Assembly: GCA_050012475.1 (NCBI GenBank)
Contig: JBEKHC010000101.1
Location: forward strand, 1 to 17,207
Direction: 5' to 3'
DNA: 17,207 bases
DNA from: Candidatus Velthaea sp.
GTDB lineage: Bacteria > Vulcanimicrobiota > Vulcanimicrobiia > Vulcanimicrobiales > Vulcanimicrobiaceae
How positions within the stretch are numbered: position 1 is the stretch's first letter; every line of letters begins with the position of its first letter. The position numbers and the translations under genes were made by a program. Below, piece after piece: positions 8,161-14,954 of the stretch. The notes under the pieces were generated by a model, which saw only the letters and a program-made list of their open reading frames with translations, searched no databases and was not told the origin of the DNA.

Positions 8161-10362
8161 TCAATAGACCGGCGAGCCCGGTGCGTTGGGCGGCACGCTC
8201 CCGTCGTCGGGTGCGAAGACCAGACGCAGCGGGTACGATGAGCCGCCTTCGGGCATGGTGATGACCTGTACCCGCCGGAACGTATGGGCAGCGATCGTTT
8301 CTTGCCAGATCTTGTAGCGCGAAAACGCCGGCACCGCGTGCGTTTGCACCAAAGTGCGGTCGATCAGAAACGTTCCCGTCGCGCGGCCGCCGCGCGGGTT
8401 GGCATAGATCGCGATCGGTGCCGCGCCGTTGCCGCTGTTCACGATGGTCACCGTGACGGCTTGCTGCACGCCGTAGTCTCCCGCGAGCGCCTCGCCCTGG
8501 CGCAAGTTCGGCAGCGGAAGCTGTCCGATCGGGATTTCGAGGTTGTCGCCGCCGATGTCGTAGCTGTAGTCAAAGTAGAACTGCGGAACTTGATACTCGC
8601 CGCGCGCGTGCGCGACCCCGCCCGACAGCAGTCGCGTCGTGTCGACGGATTGGTCGAGCGGTGCGCTCGCGTCCTGCGCGACGAGCGTTAGATGCACGGG
8701 GTTGCCGTCGATCTCGCGCAGCTGCAGCAAAGCGCTGACGACGTTGCCCGGCGGCAGCGCATGATCGACGAGATTGATCGTGCTCTGCGGCGGAATCGTC
8801 ACGACCGAGCCTTCGTTTTGCAGTTCGCGTACGAGAAAGCGCTGGGTGGAAAGATGACCGACTTCCATTTCATTGGTTTCCGGACCGGCCGAACCCGAGA
8901 TGAACTGCACGGTCGCCGGCTGCGATGACGGATTGGCGGCGCGCAACAAAATGCGACGGCTGGGCTGGTTGCCCGGATTGTAGTGATAGTACAAAAAGCG
9001 CTGCGCAGCGCTGCGATCGAGATCGGCGCTGAAGAGCACGCCATTGGCGCCCAGCGTTTCCGGATAGTCGCTGACCAGCAGCCGCGCGGGCTGGATGTTG
9101 GGCAACGCGACGTTCTCGATCTCGACGTGCGTCGTTGCGTTGACGGTGATATAGCCGTCGCCGGCGATTTGAACGGGAACGTCGATCGCGGTGCGGTTGT
9201 CGACGTCGAGATTGCCCGAAACGTTGAGCGTGTCGGGATAGATCTGCACCGAGGCACCCTGCCGCAGCGTCGCGCTGCGCTGCGCGGCGGTCGCCGCGGC
9301 TTCGCGCAAGAACGTCGTCGTGGCCGGCCGGCCGGTCACGCGAATCGCAATTTGGTCGGCGGCGTTCCCGGCGGCGTACGCGACGCGGACGGGGACATCA
9401 CGCGTGACGAACCCGCGGTCGTCCTTGACCGTGATCACGGTGGTACCGATCGCGCGGCCGGTGATGAAGAGCGCGCGCTGGTCCTGGTCCGCGGTGACGT
9501 CGGCGATTTGCGGAGCTGCCGACGTCGCGACGATCGTCCCGTAGATCCCGTTCAAGCGAATCTGCACGACTTTGCCCGGTTCGACGCTCGGTGACGGCGG
9601 GTCGGCGACGATCGGGACCGGCGTAGGTGCCGGAGTCGGCGAAGGCGGCGGCGTCGCGTTCGGCTCGGGCGAGCCCGCCGCAGGGCTTTCCGTCGGTTCG
9701 GCCGGCGTGGTTACGCCCGCCGGCGCTGGAGCCACGCCTGCCGGCAGCGTGGTTGCCCCCGCCGGCGCCGGAGTCGCCCCCGCCGGATTCGTGACGGGCG
9801 CGGTGCTGCCGGGCGGCGGCGGCGCCGCTCCGCCGGGCGGGGGCGTCGTGCCCGCCGGCGCGGGGACGAGGGTTGACGCGGCCGGAGCCGGGGTCGGGCT
9901 TGCGGCGGCGCTCGCCGGCGCCGGTGCGCCGGTCGCCGGATCGGCCGCAGCGCTCGCGGCATCCCGGGCTTCGGGCATCAGCGGCTCGGCGCTCGGCGTG
10001 CTCGTCGGCAGTGGTCCGGTAATGCTTGGCACCGGCGGGGTCGGCGGCGGGCCGAGCGGTGTGGGAGCAGCCGGCGGCGTTGGAGTTACCGTTGAAGCGG
10101 GTCCCGGGACGGTCGAAGGCGCCGCCGTGGGAGCCGCTGACCGCGGTCCGGCCGGCGTCGGAGCGCCTGCCGCCGGTGTTGAAGCGGGAGCCGTCGACCA
10201 CGCTTCAGCTGGCGTCGAAGAAGCCGACGGCCGATCCGGGGCGGTCGACCAGGGTTCGGCCGGTGTTGGCGAATCCGGCGGGGTCGTTCCTTGCGCGTGA
10301 GCGCCGATTGCGAGCGCGAACACGAACGCGAGGCTTCCGAACGTCGCGTAGACGCGTCGCAA
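8161..10362 (-). CDS. secreted hypothetical protein: signal peptide, Pro/Thr/Ala-rich linker, Ig-like (pilus-assembly N-terminal-like) domain and a large unknown C-terminal domain
   Basis: TTG start 6 nt after AAGGAG; signal peptide ending AHA|Q; ~225 aa low-complexity region; LFITGRAIGTTVITVKD Ig-like motif; C-terminal motifs LLVSDYPE, RFLYYHYN, GDYGV, YANPRGG. Confidence 0.75.
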   Translation of the reverse strand: MRRVYATFGSLAFVFALAIGAHAQGTTPPDSPTPAEPWSTAPDRPSASSTPAEAWSTAPASTPAAGAPTPAGPRSAAPTAAPSTVPGPASTVTPTPPAAPTPLGPPPTPPVPSITGPLPTSTPSAEPLMPEARDAASAAADPATGAPAPASAAASPTPAPAASTLVPAPAGTTPPPGGAAPPPPGSTAPVTNPAGATPAPAGATTLPAGVAPAPAGVTTPAEPTESPAAGSPEPNATPPPSPTPAPTPVPIVADPPSPSVEPGKVVQIRLNGIYGTIVATSAAPQIADVTADQDQRALFITGRAIGTTVITVKDDRGFVTRDVPVRVAYAAGNAADQIAIRVTGRPATTTFLREAAATAAQRSATLRQGASVQIYPDTLNVSGNLDVDNRTAIDVPVQIAGDGYITVNATTHVEIENVALPNIQPARLLVSDYPETLGANGVLFSADLDRSAAQRFLYYHYNPGNQPSRRILLRAANPSSQPATVQFISGSAGPETNEMEVGHLSTQRFLVRELQNEGSVVTIPPQSTINLVDHALPPGNVVSALLQLREIDGNPVHLTLVAQDASAPLDQSVDTTRLLSGGVAHARGEYQVPQFYFDYSYDIGGDNLEIPIGQLPLPNLRQGEALAGDYGVQQAVTVTIVNSGNGAAPIAIYANPRGGRATGTFLIDRTLVQTHAVPAFSRYKIWQETIAAHTFRRVQVITMPEGGSSYPLRLVFAPDDGSVPPNAPGSPVY
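9610..10293 (-). repeat. low-complexity Pro/Ala/Thr coding region with degenerate repeats (AE[P/A]WSTAP x2, several PAG units)
   Basis: Translation shows AEPWSTAP/AEAWSTAP and PAGATPAPAGATTLPAGVAPAPAGVTTP. Confidence 0.7.
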
Positions 10363-10398
10363 ACAGCTCTCCTTGGACGGGACACGCGGAGGCTGAGT

Positions 10399-12030
10399 TT
10401 ACGCGATCTTCGCTTCGCGACTCACCGCCGACGCCAGCAGCGTCTTGTAACCGACATTCGGGAACAAGACCGTTACGAGGTCTTTCTCGGCACGTTCGAC
10501 CGTGCCTTGCCCGAACTTCGGATGAAAGACGATATCCGCGATGCGGTACCCCGACAGCTGCCGGGAACGATTGCCGTGCAAACAGTTATCGCACGCCCCG
10601 CAGGTCTCCGATTCGTAATCCTCGCCGAAGTAATTGAGGATGAAGCGCCGCCGGCACGAGGCGTTTTCGGCGTACTGCAGCATCATGGCAAGCTTGGATT
10701 GGTCGTAGCTCTTCTTGGTCTCGTAGTTGGCCAAGTTGAGCAGCAGCTCACGTTTTTCGCGCGCGTTGTCGGTGAGCGTGTACTTGGCCCGCGACGACGT
10801 CTCGATGAAGCCCGATTTTTTGAGCAGGGCCAAGATCACTTTGAGTTTGGTGAGCGGGAGCTGGGAGATCTTGCGCAAGTCGGTCAGCGAGACGCCGCCC
10901 TCTTGGGTCCCAAAGAACTCAAGCGTGCCGAAGACCTTCTGCACCTCTTCGACGTCGGGGTATTTGCCGGTCAAAAAATAGTTCTGAACGCGCGTGTCGC
11001 TCATCCGATATAAGAGGATGCAGCGTGACATGTCTCCGTCGCGCCCGGCGCGTCCGGCTTCCTGCGTATAGGCCTCGACCGAACCCGGCAAATCGTAGTG
11101 CACGACGAAACGGATGTTGGGCTTGTCGATGCCCAGCCCGAACGCGTTGGTCGCCACGACGGCCCGAATGTCTTCCTGCATGAACAACTCGTGCACCGAG
11201 ACGCGGTCTTGCTTCTGCAGTTTGGAGTGATAGACCGCGGCGGGCAGATTGAGATAGTCGTGCAGATAGCGCTGAACTTCCAGCGCATTCTTGATCGTCG
11301 CCGTGTAGATGATCCCGGTGCCCTCGAGCCCGGTCTCGAAGAGTTCTTTGAGGATCCGCAATTTCGCGGCTTCGGAGTCGGCGCGCTTGACCTCGTAGCG
11401 CAGGTTGGGGCGGTCGAAGCCTTTCACGATCGGTTTGACGGTCGGGATGCCGAGCTGAATGAGGATATCCTCACGGACCGCGGGCGTCGCGGTCGCGGTC
11501 AGTGCCAGCACGGTCGGTTTTCCGAGCTGCATGATCACGCGCCCTAAATTCAGATAGGCCGGGCGGAAATCGTGACCCCAGGCGCTGATACAGTGCGCTT
11601 CGTCGACGACGAACAGCGGGATTTTGAGGCTTTGCAGCGTCGCCACGAACGCGTCGTCCTCCAGCTTTTCCGGGGTGACGAATACGATCTTCATCGCGCC
11701 CGTCGCGATCTTCGCAACGGCCGCCGCTTCCTGATCCTCCGACAGGGTCGAGTTGAGCGCGACCACGTTGGCGACGCCACGCTCGCGCAGCATATCGATC
11801 TGATCTTTCATCAATGCGATGAGCGGGCTGACGACGATCGTCGTCCCCGACAAAATGAGCGCGGGCAACTGATAACACAGTGACTTGCCGGCTCCCGTCG
11901 CCAGGATCGCGAGGGTGTCGTGACCGGCCATCACGCGCGAAATCACTTCTTCCTGACCCGGATGGAAGCGTTCGAATCCAAATTGATCGTGCAGTACCGT
12001 GCGCACGTCTAAAGCTGCTACCGCCACCAT
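10399..12030 (-). CDS. recQ: RecQ family ATP-dependent DNA helicase (no HRDC; C-terminal Tudor-like/DUF3553-like domain), 543 aa
   Basis: ATG 12030 after GAGGAG. Motifs LATGAGKSLCYQLP, VDEAHCISAWGHDFRPAY, ALTATAT, ATNAFGLGIDKPN, QEAGRAGRDG; Zn site CRR...CGACDNC. Confidence 0.93.
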   Translation of the reverse strand: MVAVAALDVRTVLHDQFGFERFHPGQEEVISRVMAGHDTLAILATGAGKSLCYQLPALILSGTTIVVSPLIALMKDQIDMLRERGVANVVALNSTLSEDQEAAAVAKIATGAMKIVFVTPEKLEDDAFVATLQSLKIPLFVVDEAHCISAWGHDFRPAYLNLGRVIMQLGKPTVLALTATATPAVREDILIQLGIPTVKPIVKGFDRPNLRYEVKRADSEAAKLRILKELFETGLEGTGIIYTATIKNALEVQRYLHDYLNLPAAVYHSKLQKQDRVSVHELFMQEDIRAVVATNAFGLGIDKPNIRFVVHYDLPGSVEAYTQEAGRAGRDGDMSRCILLYRMSDTRVQNYFLTGKYPDVEEVQKVFGTLEFFGTQEGGVSLTDLRKISQLPLTKLKVILALLKKSGFIETSSRAKYTLTDNAREKRELLLNLANYETKKSYDQSKLAMMLQYAENASCRRRFILNYFGEDYESETCGACDNCLHGNRSRQLSGYRIADIVFHPKFGQGTVERAEKDLVTVLFPNVGYKTLLASAVSREAKIA

Positions 12031-12075
12031 GACTCCTCGAGAACTCGCCTCGGATGGATTCGCCCGGAGAATAAA

Positions 12076-12101
12076 CACACGCTCCGTGAAAAGAGCGTGC
12101 G
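12076..12101 (-). promoter_or_regulatory. stem-loop followed by a U-rich tract in the recQ 5' leader
   Basis: Minus strand reads CGCACGCTC-ttttcacg-GAGCGTGTG then TTTATTCT: 7 perfect bp, 9 bp with a G-U pair. Confidence 0.4.
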
Positions 12102-12125
12102 CCGAGAGCGTTCAGCGTGACATAT

Positions 12126-12151
12126 TTACCCGGCCGCTCGGGCCGGTAAAC
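12126..12151 (-). promoter_or_regulatory. putative SigB/SigF-type promoter for recQ (GTTT-N16-GGGTAA)
   Basis: Minus strand GTTT 12151-12148, 16-nt spacer, GGGTAA 12131-12126, about 95 nt upstream of the recQ ATG. Matches the general-stress sigma consensus GTTT-N15-17-GGGTA. Confidence 0.55.
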
Positions 12152-12163
12152 GTGATTCGCAAC

Positions 12164-12194
12164 CGGGAGGACGGGGCCGCCCCCCGAACTCCCG
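12164..12194 (+). promoter_or_regulatory. putative dnaX promoter (GGGA-N16-CGAAC) overlapping a GC-rich inverted repeat
   Basis: GGGA 12165-12168 and CGAAC 12185-12189, with ATG 13 nt later and no adjacent SD. CGGGAG (12164-12169) is complementary to CTCCCG (12189-12194). Confidence 0.35.
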
Positions 12195-12202
12195 CAATCG
12201 GC

Positions 12203-13843
12203 ATGTCGTTATATCGCACCTGGCGCCCCAAAAGTTTCGCCGATCTCGTCGGTCAAGACGCGGTCGTCCGCACGTTGACCTCGGCGATCGACACCGGGCG
12301 CTTAGCCCACGCCTACCTCTTTTCGGGGCCGCGCGGGTCGGGAAAAACGTCGGCGGCGAAAATCCTCGCGCGCTGTATCGAATGCGTCCACGGCCCGACG
12401 GCGACGCCGGATAACACGTGCGAAAATTGCCGCGCGATCTTGGCCGGAACCGCGCTCGACGTGCTGGAGATCGACGCCGCCTCGAACCGCGGAATCGATG
12501 AGATCCGCGCCTTGCGCGAGGCGGTGAAATTTGCCCCCGCGACGATGCGGATGAAAGTCTATATCATCGACGAAGCGCACATGCTGACCAAAGAAGGCGC
12601 CAACGCGTTTCTCAAGACGCTCGAGGAGCCGCCGCCCTACGCGGTGTTCATTCTGGCGACGACGGCCCCCGAGGCGCTGCCGCCGACAATCCTTTCGCGC
12701 TGTCAGCGCTACGCGTTCCGTCGGATCCCGATCGAAACGATGATCGACCGGATGCGGACCATCAGCATTGCCGAAGGCATCGCGATCGACGATGCGGCAC
12801 TGGGGGCGATCGCGTACCGGGCGGACGGCGGGCTGCGCGATGCGCTGACCATGCTCGAGCAGGTCGCCGCGTACGCCGACGGCTCGGTCGACGCTGCCAC
12901 GGTCGATGCGGCGTTCGGTCAAACCGGACGCGCCTTCGCGCGGCGTTTGCTCGCAGCATCGCTCGACGGGAATGCAACCGCGGCGCTGATCGCCATCGAT
13001 GAGGCCAGCGATGCCGGGACCGACATGGCGGGGCTCATCCGCAGCACCATCGGCGAGTTTCGCCACTTGCTCGTCGCGCGCATCAATCCCGAATTGCTGG
13101 CTCGCGATCTGTCCGGCGACGACGCCGCGGCGGCCCTGGAGCGCGCGCGCGTCACGCCGCAGTCGCGACTCATTCGCGGTTTGCGGCTGCTCGCCGACGC
13201 GCTGGCCGCTGCGCGCGGTTCCGGCAATGCCCGCTTGGAGCTCGAGACTGCGACGCTGCGCTTCATCCTGCAGCAAGAAGACCCGTCGCTCGATGCGCTC
13301 GCCGCCCGCGTCGCCGTACTCGAAGGAGCCGCCGGCGAGCCGGCGGCAGTGTTGCCGTCTCCGCCGCCCGCAGCGACCCCGCCGGTGTCCGCGTCTGCCG
13401 AAGCTCCGCGCCCGCGCTCGCGTAGCGTCGCAAGTTCGCCGCCTGCCGCAACGCCCGCGCCGCAATCGCACGCCGCGGATCATGCCGGCAGCAGCAGCGG
13501 CATCGCGCCGGTCGGCGATCTGTCGCTGCACAAGATCCGGTCGCTCTGGCAGAACGTGAGCACGCGCGTCGCCGGAACGAAAGTGACGCTGCGCGCGCCC
13601 TTGTCTCAGACGACAGTGCACGCCCTCGACGGTGACGTCCTGACGTTGCGCGTCGCCGACCGTACCAGCGCCGAACTCCTCAAGGCGAACATGGCGACGT
13701 TACGCGCGGCGCTCGACGGACTGCTAGGTCGCCCGCTCGAAGTGCGTATCAGCGTCGAAGGTGGCCGGACCGGATCCCCGCCGGCGGAACCCGACGAGCG
13801 TGACACCGATCTCATGCGCTACGCGATCGACCGGCTTCCCTAG
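12203..13843 (+). CDS. dnaX: DNA polymerase III subunit gamma/tau, 546 aa
   Basis: MSLYRTWRPKSFADLVGQ, HAYLFSGPRGSGKT Walker A, EIDAASNRGID, IIDEAHML, LKTLEEPP, ILSRCQ; Pro/Ala linker; followed by ybaB-recR. The ORF-track extension upstream of 12203 overlaps recQ and is not DnaX-like. Confidence 0.96.
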   Translation: MSLYRTWRPKSFADLVGQDAVVRTLTSAIDTGRLAHAYLFSGPRGSGKTSAAKILARCIECVHGPTATPDNTCENCRAILAGTALDVLEIDAASNRGIDEIRALREAVKFAPATMRMKVYIIDEAHMLTKEGANAFLKTLEEPPPYAVFILATTAPEALPPTILSRCQRYAFRRIPIETMIDRMRTISIAEGIAIDDAALGAIAYRADGGLRDALTMLEQVAAYADGSVDAATVDAAFGQTGRAFARRLLAASLDGNATAALIAIDEASDAGTDMAGLIRSTIGEFRHLLVARINPELLARDLSGDDAAAALERARVTPQSRLIRGLRLLADALAAARGSGNARLELETATLRFILQQEDPSLDALAARVAVLEGAAGEPAAVLPSPPPAATPPVSASAEAPRPRSRSVASSPPAATPAPQSHAADHAGSSSGIAPVGDLSLHKIRSLWQNVSTRVAGTKVTLRAPLSQTTVHALDGDVLTLRVADRTSAELLKANMATLRAALDGLLGRPLEVRISVEGGRTGSPPAEPDERDTDLMRYAIDRLP

Positions 13844-13927
13844 TGGATTCGTCTCGGCTTCGCTCGACGAATCCATCGCGTTTGCGGCTCCCGTTCACTG
13901 CGCTCCGGCTTCGCGGCCGGACGAATC
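13844..13927. repeat. paired inverted repeats in the dnaX-ybaB spacer
   Basis: TGGATTCGTC (13844-13853) / GACGAATCCA (13866-13875) form a perfect 10-bp stem. TCCGGC/GCCGGA (13904-13921) form a second. Both units contain CGGCTTCGC...GACGAATC. Confidence 0.65.
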
Positions 13928-13952
13928 TTCTAAAGAAAGCATCGTTTTGAAC

Positions 13953-14261
13953 ATGAATCAGGCTCAGATGATGGCGCAGGTGCGCAAAATGCAGCAAGAG
14001 ATGACGCGCGTGCAAGAAGAGCTCGCCAACACGATTGTCGAGGGAACCGCCGGCGGCGGGGCGGTGACCGTCAACGTCAACGGCGATTTCAAAGTCACGA
14101 AAGTCTCGCTCAAACCCGAAGCCGTCGATCCCGACGATATCGAAACGCTTGAAGATCTCGTCGTCGTCGCGTTCAACGATGCGCTGGGCAAAGTCCAGGC
14201 GCTCAGTTCGAGCAAGATGGGCGCGCTCACCGGCGGGATGCGCATCCCGGGACTTATGTGA
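13953..14261 (+). CDS. ybaB: YbaB/EbfC family nucleoid-associated protein
   Basis: QKQ-rich helix, VEGTAGGGAVTV, VDPDDIETLEDLVVVAFNDAL, C-terminal TGGMRIPGLM; lies between dnaX and recR. Start is ATG 13953 or TTG 13947. Confidence 0.93.
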   Translation: MNQAQMMAQVRKMQQEMTRVQEELANTIVEGTAGGGAVTVNVNGDFKVTKVSLKPEAVDPDDIETLEDLVVVAFNDALGKVQALSSSKMGALTGGMRIPGLM

Positions 14262-14857
14262 CGGTTGCCGGACCAGTCGCTGCCCTGATCAACGAATTCT
14301 CGAAACTCCCGACCATCGGTCCGAAAACGGCTGCGCGGCTGGTGTTTCACCTGTTGAACCGGCCGCGCGCCGACGCCGAAGCGCTCGCCGAAGCGATCGT
14401 CGCGCTCAAAGATCGCGTGCGGTTGTGTTCGCGCTGTTTTGCGATTACCGAAGATGACCCGTGCGACATCTGTTCCGATCCGCAGCGCGACGCTGCGCTG
14501 ATGTGCGTCGTGGCCGAAGCCAAAGACATCTACGCGCTCGAACGAACGGCGGCGTACAACGGACGCTATCACGTGCTGGGCGGCGTGATCTCGCCGATGG
14601 ACGGCGTCGGCCCGGCGCAATTGCGGATCAAGGAACTCATCGAACGCATCGCCGGGGGCGAGGCGCAGGAAGTCGTCGTCGCGACGAATCCCAATGCCGA
14701 AGGCGAAGCGACGGCGCTGTACTTATCGCGCTTGATCGCACCCAGCGGCGTGCGGGTGACGCGGCTGGCGTACGGCCTGCCGATCGGCGGCGACCTCGAT
14801 TATGCCGACGAGGTGACGCTGGCAAAAGCGCTCGAAGGCCGCCGCACGTTGGTCTGA
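14258..14857 (+). CDS. recR: recombination mediator RecR
   Basis: HhH motif LPTIGPKTAARL, C4 finger CSRC...CDIC, Toprim YHVLGG...ATNPNAEGEATA, RLAYGLPIGGDLDYADEVTL. Confidence 0.97.
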   Translation: MTVAGPVAALINEFSKLPTIGPKTAARLVFHLLNRPRADAEALAEAIVALKDRVRLCSRCFAITEDDPCDICSDPQRDAALMCVVAEAKDIYALERTAAYNGRYHVLGGVISPMDGVGPAQLRIKELIERIAGGEAQEVVVATNPNAEGEATALYLSRLIAPSGVRVTRLAYGLPIGGDLDYADEVTLAKALEGRRTLV

Positions 14858-14917
14858 TCGGCGCCCCGCTCGCATCCGCTCCGGCGAGCGAGGCGAGCGC
14901 TCCCGGTCCGCGTTTCG

Positions 14918-14943
14918 GGGATTTCGCAGCCGCGCGTCCGAAC
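14918..14943 (+). promoter_or_regulatory. putative promoter GGGA-N17-CGAAC
   Basis: GGGA 14918-14921 and CGAAC 14939-14943, with the GTG start 11 nt later and no SD. Same layout as upstream of dnaX. Confidence 0.35.
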
Positions 14944-14954
14944 GCTTCGCACGC

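Noticed and set aside
9572..10300. Gly/Ala-rich + strand ORF resembling PE-PGRS or collagen-like proteins
   Set aside because: It is the reverse complement of the Pro/Ala codons of the - strand linker, and has no SD or signal peptide.
12053..12062. 10-mer GATGGATTCG matching the reverse complement of 13868-13877
   Set aside because: A single 10-nt match between spacers is plausible by chance, and the flanks do not extend it.
11999..12202. Extended, overlapping N-termini of dnaX (11999) and recQ (12078)
   Set aside because: Family-typical starts are ATG 12203 and ATG 12030 (strong SD), so the region is a divergent spacer.
12031..12202. SRP RNA or tRNA upstream of dnaX
   Set aside because: No CAGG...GGAA...GCAGC SRP motif and no tRNA T-loop or cloverleaf seen on either strand.
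13260..13560. Programmed frameshift or slippage producing the gamma subunit in dnaX
   Set aside because: No AAAAAAG or long poly-A run in the linker region.
14867..14899. CGCTCGC/GCGAGCG hairpin after recR as an intrinsic terminator
   Set aside because: A 7-bp GC stem with 10-nt loop and no adjacent U-tract is common by chance at this GC content.
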